Shown here piece by piece: positions 24,904 to 32,000 of a stretch of 32,000 nucleotides of DNA (the first letter of the stretch is position 1; each line of letters starts with the position of its first letter). The DNA is from Candidatus Kuenenia stuttgartensis (lineage in GTDB: Bacteria > Planctomycetota > Brocadiia > Brocadiales > Brocadiaceae), in the NCBI RefSeq assembly GCF_900232105.1, contig NZ_LT934425.1, positions 240,001-272,000 of the forward strand. The letters run 5' to 3'. The position numbers and the translations under genes were made by a program. The notes beneath the pieces were generated by a model. That model searched no databases. It was not told where the DNA came from and saw only the letters and a program-made list of their open reading frames with translations.

Positions 24904-24999
24904 AGCATTTATTTAAATAAAGGTGTATAAAGTTGATTATGTGATATTTTACAAAAAAGGCCTGACTACACGTCTCGAAAAATAACTGCCTGTATCCTT

Positions 25000-25734
25000 T
25001 TATTCTTCACTGGTTTGTAAAGGTTTATCCTCACCATCTATACCACCCACCAGTTTATTAAAATATCCTGGCGCCTTTGTTTCAAAAGTAATCGGCTTTC
25101 CGCTGAACGGGTGTTTGAAAGATATCGAATACGCATGGAGCGCTAACCGTTTGTAAGCCCCTTTTTCTTTTCCATACTTTTTATCGCCCACAATCGGGTA
25201 TCCCTGTTCGGTAAGATGTACCCGTATCTGATTCTTTCTGCCGGTCAAAAGTTTAATTTCCAACAAACTGAAGTATTTGGTTTCTTTAAGAACCCTATAC
25301 ACAGTATGGGACAATTTCCCTTTTTTTGTGTCAGACGTGGAATACACAACCTGAGCTTTATTCTCCGCCAGGTATGTGCTGATAGTTCCTGCTTTCTTTG
25401 CAAGTCTGCCATGAACTACCGTCAGATATTTCTTCTCCGTATTCTGCCATTGGCTCTGCAAATTAAGCTTTGACCTTATATTCTTTGCAAAAAGAAGCAG
25501 TCCTGAAGCATCACGATCAAGGCGGTGAATAATAAAAACGTGTTTTCTGGATTTAACGCATCCCTTACGCACATAATCATTGAGCATGTAATAAGCGGTT
25601 TTTGTCTTATTTGTATCCGTACCCATGGTTAAAAGACCTGCCGGTTTATCTATCACCAGTATGTCTTCGTCTTCATAAAGTATTGCCAATCCTCTTGGAT
25701 GATATCTTTTGGAAAAATGTTTCTTTTTAGGCAT
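25000..25734 (-). CDS. RluA-family pseudouridine synthase
   Basis: The catalytic motif is HRLDRDASGLLLFAK. The LVIDKPAGL and GRKNQIRVHL blocks are present. There is no S4 domain. Confidence 0.9.
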   Translation of the reverse strand: MPKKKHFSKRYHPRGLAILYEDEDILVIDKPAGLLTMGTDTNKTKTAYYMLNDYVRKGCVKSRKHVFIIHRLDRDASGLLLFAKNIRSKLNLQSQWQNTEKKYLTVVHGRLAKKAGTISTYLAENKAQVVYSTSDTKKGKLSHTVYRVLKETKYFSLLEIKLLTGRKNQIRVHLTEQGYPIVGDKKYGKEKGAYKRLALHAYSISFKHPFSGKPITFETKAPGYFNKLVGGIDGEDKPLQTSEE

Positions 25735-25894
25735 ATTGCATAGTTTAATAAATATTCTTCATTGAGAAAAAACTATCTGCGATGTTGTCCCATAATAGTT
25801 TGTTTCCATGTCATATAAAAATATAAGAATTTTTTAATCTGTGGTTCCTCTTTAGTATATCATGTTTGTTTGGTTCTGGTTTGTCCAGCTTAGG

Positions 25895-26860
25895 TTATAC
25901 AGGAGGAATGTTGTGGAGAAGGTAATAAATATAACCACCGTAACCAGCTAATAACAAAGCGCCTTCCCACCTGTCCAGTGAAAACCTCGACCATGCAAAG
26001 GGGAGCAACACAAGGGCGTACAATCCCATGACGCCAAAATCAACAATATTGAAATTCTTCCTTGTTATTGGATGTGCCAGAGAGGCAATGCCTAATATTC
26101 CAAGAATATTGAATATATTAGAACCCACTACATTACCAATTGCAATATCTCCCTCTTTTTTAATAGCGGCAACCACCGAAGTTGCTAATTCAGGCATGCT
26201 GGTTCCTACCGCAACAATTGTCAGCCCAATAATCGCCTCACGTACTCCAAAATATCTTGCTAATTCCACAGCGCCTTTAACAAATAATGTCCCACCACCA
26301 ATAAGCATACCAAGGCCTATTACAATCAACCCCACAGGAATCCACATCCTTCCTTTAATTATTGGGATTCCCTCTGCGTACTCACGTTGAACAGATGGTT
26401 CCTTCTCTTTGCGTGCCTGATAGTAACAATAGTAAACATACACAATAATTCCAATTGTCAGCAATATGCCGTCCCAATATTGCAATTGCCCATCCATAAG
26501 AAGTGCCCAGATTACTATGGATACAACAATCATAATGGGAATCTCTCTTCGAACTACTTGTGCCTGCACCGATATTGGATGAATAATGGCAGCTACGCCA
26601 AGGATGAGGCCAATATTTACAATATTAGAACCAATTATATTCCCCAGAGCAATAGAGTCGTTACCATTGAGGGCAGCTTGAATGCTTACTGCAAGTTCCG
26701 GACTACTTGTTCCGAATGCTACAATGGTTAACCCAATTACCAGTGGCGTAATACCCAAACGCAATGCCAGCGACGAACCTCCCCTGACAAGGGCTTCGGC
26801 GCCAATCATTAAAATCACAAAACCGCCAATAAGAAACAGCAACATACTTATCACAAACAT
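25895..26860 (-). CDS. Ca2+/Na+ antiporter (CaCA family, YrbG-like)
   Basis: Polytopic membrane protein with the two alpha-repeats GTSSPELAVS...GNIIGSNIVNIGLILG and GTSMPELATS...GNVVGSNIFNILGILG. Confidence 0.9.
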   Translation of the reverse strand: MFVISMLLFLIGGFVILMIGAEALVRGGSSLALRLGITPLVIGLTIVAFGTSSPELAVSIQAALNGNDSIALGNIIGSNIVNIGLILGVAAIIHPISVQAQVVRREIPIMIVVSIVIWALLMDGQLQYWDGILLTIGIIVYVYYCYYQARKEKEPSVQREYAEGIPIIKGRMWIPVGLIVIGLGMLIGGGTLFVKGAVELARYFGVREAIIGLTIVAVGTSMPELATSVVAAIKKEGDIAIGNVVGSNIFNILGILGIASLAHPITRKNFNIVDFGVMGLYALVLLPFAWSRFSLDRWEGALLLAGYGGYIYYLLHNIPPV

Positions 26861-26893
26861 TCCTTTTTCACAGAAAGACTCTTTTAATAAAGC

Positions 26894-27003
26894 AGGGGCG
26901 AAGCATTTGCCTGCATAGAAGACAAAGACATAAAATGATGTATACGCACCAATTCTGCTCTATTGAACGAGTTATACTGTACACAGGCAAATGCTTCGCC
27001 CCT
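26894..27003. repeat. Intergenic hairpin element: perfect 20-bp inverted repeat with 70-nt spacer
   Basis: AGGGGCGAAGCATTTGCCTG (26894-26913) and CAGGCAAATGCTTCGCCCCT (26984-27003) are exact reverse complements. The element lies between pyrI and the antiporter gene. Confidence 0.8.
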
Positions 27004-27066
27004 ACACAGTAATGCTTTTCGAAAAATAGAGTTATTTGACTATAACCGATTGAAAACCCGCCCGGT

Positions 27067-27516
27067 TTAAATAAGCACAATATCATTTGCACTCATAACA
27101 CGTTCACAATAGTAGCATCGCAGTTTTATGGGATTTTTACGGAGGAGGTGTTGTCGTGTCTTAATGTTGCCATAGTTACTTATACAATTTGGGTTAAAAC
27201 ACTTTACGATACCCTCAATCATCTCAGGCACTATGACTTCAAACTTCTTCACCACTTCATAATCTTTGATAATATTTACCGTGGCATTCGGGGCAATAAG
27301 GGCAATTTTGTTCACCTCTTTCTGGTCAAGTATCTTTCCCCCGATCTTTATAATACCTTTTTTACCCAGGCATTTGCTTGATAAGTTCATGCCAACAAGG
27401 ACCACGTCCTCTTCGGCCTTTATGTTTAAGATATCAGCGACTTTTAACGTGCTCTTGCTGTCGATATGATCGATTACCGAACCGTCTTTGATAGCGGAAA
27501 CGTCTAACTGTTTCAT
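27067..27516 (-). CDS. pyrI: Aspartate carbamoyltransferase regulatory subunit
   Basis: The N-terminus is VSAIKDGSVIDHI. The C-terminal zinc domain is CFNPNCIS...LRCYYCE. The start overlaps the pyrB stop by 4 nt (ATGA). Confidence 0.92.
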   Translation of the reverse strand: MKQLDVSAIKDGSVIDHIDSKSTLKVADILNIKAEEDVVLVGMNLSSKCLGKKGIIKIGGKILDQKEVNKIALIAPNATVNIIKDYEVVKKFEVIVPEMIEGIVKCFNPNCISNYGNIKTRQHLLRKNPIKLRCYYCERVMSANDIVLI

Positions 27517-28439
27517 TCTGTTGCGCCCAATACTGCTGCCAAAATAGCCTTTCGCACCGGCACGCCATTGCGCACCTGGTCAAAATATACCGCATAATTT
27601 GTCCCATCAAGACTTTCGTCCATCTCATCCACACGCGGTAAAGGATGCATTATCTTTAAATCGTCCTTTACCCCCAATCCCTCAATCATGGGTTTGCTCA
27701 ACCTGTAAATCCCACGTACCTTTTCAAACTCTATTGGGTCGGCAAAACGCTCTTCCTGGATCCGCGTGCAATAAATCACATCAAGTTGTTTCCCGATACC
27801 TTGCAGGGATTCTGCCTCATGGCATGTTACGCGCCTTTTCTTCAGTTCTTCCATACAATCATTCGGCATTCTTAAATTAGGTGGAGAGATAAAGTACATT
27901 TCTGCTCCGAAATAGGCAAGGGCATAGGCGAGAGAGTGTACCGTTCTGCCATATTTAAGGTCTCCTAAAAAGCCAATTTTTAGCCCCTCAAGAATGCCTT
28001 TTGTTTTTAGAATGGTGTAAAGATCGAGAAACGTTTGGGTTGGGTGCTGGTTGGAACCGTCACCGGCATTAATCACCGGCACATTAACAATATCTGCGGC
28101 AAGCTGTGCAGCTCCTTCAAGATAGTGGCGAAGAACAACAACGTCACAATATCCCTCAATTGTCTTTAACGAATCGCTGAAGGATTCGCCCTTAGCAATG
28201 GACGTGGCGCCAGACTCCGCAAACCCGATTACCATACCGCCGAGTCGTTTCATTGCGGCTTCAAAACTTAACCTGGTCCTTGTGGAAGGCTCAAAAAACA
28301 GCACTGACAGTACCTTCCCCTTCAGGATTTGGGAATAATCGGTTTGTTCCATTCTTTTCGTGACGTCAAGAATGTATAAAATCTCTTCTTTATTGAAATG
28401 GAGGATAGAAATAATATCTCTTTGTTTGAAACTGATCAT
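27513..28439 (-). CDS. pyrB: Aspartate carbamoyltransferase catalytic subunit
   Basis: FFEPSTRTRLSFE, LRHYLEG, the NAGDGSNQHPTQ and GDLKYGRTVHS blocks, and HPLPR are present. The ATG at 28439 (AGGAA 4 nt upstream) is preferred to the GTG at 28469. Confidence 0.93.
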   Translation of the reverse strand: MISFKQRDIISILHFNKEEILYILDVTKRMEQTDYSQILKGKVLSVLFFEPSTRTRLSFEAAMKRLGGMVIGFAESGATSIAKGESFSDSLKTIEGYCDVVVLRHYLEGAAQLAADIVNVPVINAGDGSNQHPTQTFLDLYTILKTKGILEGLKIGFLGDLKYGRTVHSLAYALAYFGAEMYFISPPNLRMPNDCMEELKKRRVTCHEAESLQGIGKQLDVIYCTRIQEERFADPIEFEKVRGIYRLSKPMIEGLGVKDDLKIMHPLPRVDEMDESLDGTNYAVYFDQVRNGVPVRKAILAAVLGATE

Positions 28440-28681
28440 GTGTTCCTGCGATTGATAGAGGAGTGGCACTGTTTAATATTTGAAAAGATATTATCAGACC
28501 AATTTCAACATTACAAGTATTAATTTCTAACACAGCTTAGCGGGTTTTTTGTCTTTTCTTGTTTATTCTTATATGCTATTGTGTAGCCTGTAAAATCAGG
28601 GGTTAGAAAGCATGAGCGTTATTGTTTGGTTTGTTTTGTTTTCGTTACATTTTATTTGAAGTACGACTGAGGTACGACTTT

Positions 28682-28876
28682 ATGAAAAAGCTTTTGTTCT
28701 TAATTCTTGTGTTTCTTGTTGCCGGATGCACTTCAACGGTGTCACAAACGGATCAACAGTATTACAACGTTTACGATGAACAGGGAAAGCGCAAAGGCTA
28801 CATAAAAGAGCGGGACGGACATTTTACCATTTACGATGAGAACTGGCAGCGTAAGGGGTATCTGGAGCGCAAATAG
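28682..28876 (+). CDS. Small lipoprotein with internal duplicated motif
   Basis: The lipobox is MKKLLFLILVFLVAGC. The mature part repeats YDEQGKRKGYIKER / YDENWQRKGYLERK. Confidence 0.65.
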   Translation: MKKLLFLILVFLVAGCTSTVSQTDQQYYNVYDEQGKRKGYIKERDGHFTIYDENWQRKGYLERK

Positions 28877-28905
28877 TGATAATGATTAAGGGCTAGGGAT
28901 GATCA

Positions 28906-28976
28906 CCCGAAAAGCCGCAATCCTGAGCGGGTGCCCTTTATCTACTTTCAGGGGTTATTCACAGGAGGATAACGTT
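28906..28976 (+). promoter_or_regulatory. Conserved ~70-nt 5' leader, copy A (upstream of the TPR gene)
   Basis: CCCGAAAAGCCGCAATCCTGAGCGGGTGCCCTTTATCTACTTTCAGGGGTTATTCACAGGAGGATAACGTT-ATG is about 90% identical to 30054-30121. Similarity starts and stops exactly at the leader. It contains the hairpin (G)CCGC-AATCCTGA-GCGG, a CCCT...AGGG pair and an AGGAGG SD. Confidence 0.6.
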
Positions 28977-29849
28977 ATGGCTGAAACACCAAGTAAGCTG
29001 GATTTTATCAAGGTCTATGACTGGTTAGTCTGTAACATCGACAAGGAGGGATTAATGAGAGAAAACGAACGCATAGATATGGCAGCAACAGAGGCTTATA
29101 AACCACTACCAGGTGACCTAAAAAGGGTAGGGGAGTGGCGGCACGTAAGGAAAGAAGGGGCAATTGCGACATGGGCAAGAATCTTACGTCTTAGTTATTT
29201 CGCCTTGGCCATCGCGATATTCATTGGCAATGCCTATGCCGGGTCAGGTGAGAATATGGCCGAAATAGATACATGCAAACAAGCCGTAATAGCTAAACCC
29301 GATGATCCGGAAGCTCATTTTAAGCTTGGCAATGCCTATGCCAAGTCAGGCATGTATACGGAGGCAATAGAGGCTTACAAACAGGCGATAAGGATTGAAC
29401 CTGATTATGCAGATGCTCATTGTAAGCTTGGTGCTGTCTATGCCAAGTCAGGCATGTATACGGAGGCAATAGAGGCTTTTAAACAGGCGATAAGGATTAA
29501 ACCTGATTATGTAGGCGCTCATCTTGGTCTTGGCATTTCCTATGACGAGTCAGGCATGCATCAGGAAGCAATAGCGGCTTACAAACAGGCTATAAGGATT
29601 GAACCTGATTTTGCAGGCGCTCATAATAATCTTGGTGCTGCCTATGCCGAGTCAGGCATGTATAGGGAAGCAATAGAGGCTTTTATACAGGCTATAAGGA
29701 TTAAACCTGATGATGTAGGCGCTCATTTTGGTCTTGGTGCTGCCTGTTTGATATTAAACGAGAGAGGCTCTGCCCTAGAACAATATAAGATACTCAAAGA
29801 CCTTGACGCTGAAGCGGCCAATAAGTTGTTCGATCTGATTTATAAATAG
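28977..29849 (+). CDS. Membrane-anchored TPR-repeat protein
   Basis: An AGGAGG SD lies 8 nt upstream of the ATG at 28977. The TM helix is LRLSYFALAIAIFIGNAYAG. Five 34-aa TPR units follow, of the type AHxxLGxAYAxSGMYxEAIEAxKQAIRIxPDxxx. Confidence 0.85.
   Translation: MAETPSKLDFIKVYDWLVCNIDKEGLMRENERIDMAATEAYKPLPGDLKRVGEWRHVRKEGAIATWARILRLSYFALAIAIFIGNAYAGSGENMAEIDTCKQAVIAKPDDPEAHFKLGNAYAKSGMYTEAIEAYKQAIRIEPDYADAHCKLGAVYAKSGMYTEAIEAFKQAIRIKPDYVGAHLGLGISYDESGMHQEAIAAYKQAIRIEPDFAGAHNNLGAAYAESGMYREAIEAFIQAIRIKPDDVGAHFGLGAACLILNERGSALEQYKILKDLDAEAANKLFDLIYK
29313..29720 (+). repeat. Four tandem 102-bp coding repeats (TPR units) inside the TPR gene
   Basis: Units start with GCTCAT at 29313, 29415, 29517 and 29619. 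Long stretches are identical between units, for example AGTCAGGCATGTATACGGAGGCAATAGAGGCTT in units 1 and 2. Degenerate copies flank them at 29226-29312 and 29721-29790. Confidence 0.9.
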
Positions 29850-29885
29850 AAAAACCCCCATAGGGGAGAAGGAGAGAGGTCAGGC

Positions 29886-29975
29886 ATGGTTAGAACAATC
29901 AGAGCCAGATTTTCGCATGGCGTAATTGAACCTTTGGAAAAAGTAGACCGGAAAGAGACTCCTTTTTTGAGGTAG
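29886..29975 (+). pseudogene. Truncated DUF104 (AF2212-like) antitoxin remnant
   Basis: MVRTIRARFSHGVIEPLEKVDRKE matches the N-terminal signature of DUF104 antitoxins (M..I.A.Y.NGV..PLE.VDL.EG). The ORF stops after 29 codons and no PIN toxin gene follows. A GGAGAGAGG SD lies upstream. Confidence 0.55.
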
Positions 29976-30053
29976 GGGGTATGCATGGGACTTCAGTTTG
30001 CAGTCAAATAATTGTATCCCCTATCTAACTTTTTTTGCATAAAGGTTGACGAA

Positions 30054-30121
30054 CCGAAAGCCGCAATCCTGAGCGGCGGCCCTTTATCCACTTTCAGGGT
30101 TATTTACAGGAGGATAACGAT
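30054..30121 (+). promoter_or_regulatory. Conserved ~70-nt 5' leader, copy B (upstream of the wHTH gene)
   Basis: CCGAAAGCCGCAATCCTGAGCGGCGGCCCTTTATCCACTTTCAGGGTTATTTACAGGAGGATAACGAT-ATG. See copy A. TTATCC (within 30084-30090) is complementary to GGATAA, which overlaps the 3' side of the SD. Confidence 0.6.
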
Positions 30122-30943
30122 ATGCGGGAAAATCTCAGCGATTCAGCAGCAAATCTTAAGAATATATTCGAAGAGTATTACTACTTAATTATTAATACCG
30201 GCAGTGATAGCCATTTTCTTACTAAAGACAAATACAACGAAATAATGGATAGGTGTGTGAGAACTTTATCCAAAAGAGGTCTTTTGTTGGTTATGGCTGG
30301 TAATAAATTAATCATTTCATTTGAAGATGTGAAAGATTTGGACAGGGAATTATTTAAGACGTGGCCATACTATAGTTACAAAGAATTGGATGAAATGGGA
30401 CTCTGTAAAATCAATGGGAACGGGCAAAAGACGTATCCAAGCTGGATGATCAACAGAGAGGCAAAACTTAAGGAATATTTTCAAGATCAATATCTGGATT
30501 GTTTAGAAAAAATTGAGAACCGCAAATTAGGGGCGAGCACACCGATGCAAATACCCAGAGATACGAAATGCCAAGATTTGGTTAGCAAGCCAGAGAAAGA
30601 GCAGGCGAGCATTGATAAACTTTTCTATGATGATCATAAGCGTATTCTGTTTTTTGATAATGAAACACAGTACAAACTGACAAAAAAAGAACAGACATTG
30701 GTCGAATGTTTAAGAAGCGATGAACAGGATGTAGAAGACATATGCGAAAAAATTTGGGAGGATAGGGAAGCCAGGGGCAAATTTGACGCACTTAAGTCAA
30801 AATTAAACGGAAAGATTAAGACACAATTTGGTGTTAAGCTAATCAGAAACACGGAAAAGGGAAGCGGTAAATACTGTTTTGAAATAAAGATAACTAATAA
30901 GAAATTCAAAAAGCAAGATGAAAGTAAGATGCCGGTAAGATAG
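30122..30943 (+). CDS. Protein with unknown N-terminal domain and C-terminal OmpR/PhoB-type winged-helix (trans_reg_C-like) DNA-binding domain
   Basis: The C-terminal YKLTKKEQTLVECLRSDEQDVEDICEKIWEDREARGKFDALKSKLNGKIKTQFGVKLIRNTEKGSGKYCF follows the LT..E..LL..L......V.....I........VD..I.RLR.KL.......I.T..G.GY pattern. The N-terminal ~180 aa are unrecognised. A strong SD lies in the conserved leader. Confidence 0.7.
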   Translation: MRENLSDSAANLKNIFEEYYYLIINTGSDSHFLTKDKYNEIMDRCVRTLSKRGLLLVMAGNKLIISFEDVKDLDRELFKTWPYYSYKELDEMGLCKINGNGQKTYPSWMINREAKLKEYFQDQYLDCLEKIENRKLGASTPMQIPRDTKCQDLVSKPEKEQASIDKLFYDDHKRILFFDNETQYKLTKKEQTLVECLRSDEQDVEDICEKIWEDREARGKFDALKSKLNGKIKTQFGVKLIRNTEKGSGKYCFEIKITNKKFKKQDESKMPVR

Positions 30944-31029
30944 ATATGTTTTTGAATATACCTGCGAATTGTCTGTAAATTAAGGGGATTGAAGCCGATG
31001 TAAAAAAGTAAGATGAAAGTAAGATTTCA
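30913..31029 (+). repeat. Iteron-like 11-bp-phased heptamers G(C/T)AAGAT in two clusters
   Basis: GCAAGAT at 30913, then GTAAGAT at 30924, 30935, 31008 and 31019. Spacing within each cluster is exactly 11 bp. The 16-mer AAGATGAAAGTAAGAT occurs twice, at 30914-30929 and 31010-31025. Confidence 0.7.
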
Positions 31030-31045
31030 TTGGTTGTATAAAGAA

Positions 31046-31080
31046 GCCATGAGGTAAGCGTTTACCTTGTGGCTTTTTTT
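31046..31080 (+). terminator. Rho-independent terminator after the wHTH gene
   Basis: GCCATGAGGTAA-gcgt-TTACCTTGTGGC forms a 12-bp stem (two G-U pairs in RNA) followed by TTTTTTT (31074-31080). Confidence 0.8.
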
Positions 31081-31101
31081 GTTTTTACAGGAGGTATTTT
31101 T

Positions 31102-31275
31102 ATGAGAGACGAACCGGGTAAATTTTTCAATTTTCTGATGCCTTACAGCCAATATGAGGAATTGAGGGGTTTGGCGAGAAAAACGGATTTACCGATGGCT
31201 GAAATAATCCGTCAGGCTGTGCGGTCGGTGTTGGAGTCAGGCGGGCGGGTTAGGCTGAAAAAGCCATGCGCTTAA
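31102..31275 (+). CDS. Ribbon-helix-helix (CopG/Arc-like) protein
   Basis: An AGGAGG SD precedes the ATG at 31102. KFFNFLMPYSQYEELRGLARKTDLPMAEIIRQAVRSVLE has the beta-strand plus two-helix RHH pattern. It is paralogous to 31354-31572. Confidence 0.7.
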   Translation: MRDEPGKFFNFLMPYSQYEELRGLARKTDLPMAEIIRQAVRSVLESGGRVRLKKPCA

Positions 31276-31353
31276 AAGGCGAAAGACGAACTGGGGGGTT
31301 TGGGGTAAAGGAGCCGGGAATAGTCAGGATTAAACCACAGGAGAGTAACAGAA

Positions 31354-31572
31354 ATGAACACAATGGAAAAACAGAAGGCAGTCTTTTCAGAGATCAGGGT
31401 AAGCAATATGGCTTTTTCCCTGATGGAAAGCATAGCGGAAGTTTACAAAGTGCCGGTTACGGAGATTATCCAGAATGCACTTCAGATGGTGTTGGAGGAA
31501 TGCCTAAAAGAGTATCAGCGTCTTTACCGTGAAGGCAAAAAAACAGAAGCCTGCGACCCTTCGGAAAATTAA
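31354..31572 (+). CDS. Ribbon-helix-helix (CopG/Arc-like) protein, second paralogue
   Basis: An AGGAGAG SD is present. FSEIRVSNMAFSLMESIAEVYKVPVTEIIQNALQMVLEE parallels ...PMAEIIRQAVRSVLE of the upstream gene. Confidence 0.65.
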   Translation: MNTMEKQKAVFSEIRVSNMAFSLMESIAEVYKVPVTEIIQNALQMVLEECLKEYQRLYREGKKTEACDPSEN

Positions 31573-31578
31573 CAGAAA

Positions 31579-31604
31579 AGCCTGCAACGGGGGGGATGCA
31601 GGCT
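31579..31604 (+). terminator. Candidate terminator hairpin
   Basis: AGCCTGCA-acggggggga-TGCAGGCT is an 8-bp stem. The trailing T-tract (TTC) is weak. Confidence 0.4.
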
Positions 31605-31641
31605 TTCAGAAGATTAACAGATGGATGGAGCTTAACAAATT

Positions 31642-32000
31642 ATGGATGATAAATCAACACTAGACTTTGCAATTTATTACACAGAAGAAAAGAATTTTTC
31701 AATCATACCCTTGATTGGCAAAATCCCTGATGCCAGCGTTTTGCCAAAAGAACCAAACGAAAAAGGCGAACCAAAACCAACATGGCGACCATATCAAAAG
31801 AGAAAGCCAACGCAGGATGAATTACAAAAATGGTTTGGCAATGGCAGTAAACGGAATATCGGCATTGTAACCGGCACTATTTCTGGCATTGCCGTTGTTG
31901 ATTTGGACGGCAGGGAGGCTATACAGCTTGCAAAAGATTTAGAACTACCGGATACACCAGTTGTAAAGACGGCAAGGGGATATCATTTATATTACCGCTA
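31642..32000 (+). CDS. Bifunctional DNA primase/polymerase (PrimPol, N-terminal domain); 3' end outside window
   Basis: The frame is open to the window edge. FSIIPLIGKIP...WRPYQKRKPTQDELQKWFGNGSKRNIGIVTGTISGIAVVDLDGREA...PDTPVVKTARGYHLYYR matches the Prim-Pol pattern (NIGI.TG..SG..V.D.D......P.T....T..G.H.Y.). Confidence 0.8.
   Translation, partial: MDDKSTLDFAIYYTEEKNFSIIPLIGKIPDASVLPKEPNEKGEPKPTWRPYQKRKPTQDELQKWFGNGSKRNIGIVTGTISGIAVVDLDGREAIQLAKDLELPDTPVVKTARGYHLYYR

Noticed and set aside
28899-28976. Longer start (ATG 28899) for the TPR protein, as given in the ORF track.
   Set aside because: The extra 26 codons lie on the conserved leader, which is non-coding in its second copy. An AGGAGG SD sits 8 nt before the ATG at 28977.
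29313-29720. Regular 102-bp periodic repeats that look superficially array-like (CRISPR or satellite).
   Set aside because: There are no unique spacers. The repeats are in frame and encode canonical 34-aa TPR units within one ORF.
31266-31532. 88-aa ORF overlapping the second RHH gene in another frame.
   Set aside because: It has no SD and a Gly/Arg-rich, low-information translation. The 31354-31572 frame has an SD and is paralogous to the upstream RHH protein.
1-32000. Scan for tRNA (GGTTCGAATCC-type T-arms), rRNA, CRISPR repeats, reverse transcriptase/retron or DGR template-variable repeat pairs, and known defence-gene hallmarks.
   Set aside because: None were found by eye. The only defence-related hints are the DUF4338 domain, which is fused to a transposase, and a truncated antitoxin. 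A tRNAscan, Rfam or defence-finder run would be needed to make the negative result firm.

Overview
This is a chromosomal segment from an AT-rich bacterium. GC was judged by eye, not computed, and the taxon cannot be determined from the sequence. The several periplasmic haem proteins and the rubrerythrin would fit an anaerobic or microaerophilic N/S-cycling organism, but that is inference only.

Housekeeping genes fill about 18.6-28.5 kb: a PEPCK(ATP)-like gene, RNase H, a LolD-like ABC ATPase, ilvE, a dksA-like gene with lspA, an SDR, an RluA-family synthase, a CaCA antiporter and pyrB-pyrI.

The left 12 kb is accessory and rich in insertion sequences. It holds:
- a 5'-truncated IS1634/IS4-type transposase;
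- a complete Tn5-like IS whose transposase is fused to a DUF4338 (DruA-like) N-terminal domain;
- a small stress cluster of rubrerythrin plus three tiny proteins;
- an orphan four-gene periplasmic operon: a lipoprotein made of three cytochrome-P460-like domains, a small beta-sandwich protein, and two tandem paralogous single-pass membrane proteins of no family I recognise;
- a single-ORF IS66-family element with a perfect 8-bp target duplication, plus an 80-bp MITE sharing its ends. Both sit inside a decayed radical-SAM pseudogene.

The 12-18 kb stretch carries a DUF1326/NosL fusion, a CstB-like MBL-rhodanese protein, and an operon of response regulator, amicyanin-like cupredoxin and MauG-like dihaem peroxidase.

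The right 3 kb has a TPR protein with 102-bp tandem repeats. After it comes the start of a plasmid/phage-like module (wHTH protein, two RHH proteins, PrimPol) with 11-bp-phased iterons. A ~70-nt leader is duplicated in front of two unrelated genes. Several GC-rich nested palindromic extragenic elements are present. I saw no rRNA, tRNA or CRISPR array.

The best candidates for something undescribed are the triple-P460 operon (5.3-9.5 kb) and the conserved leader/iteron module (28.9-31.1 kb).
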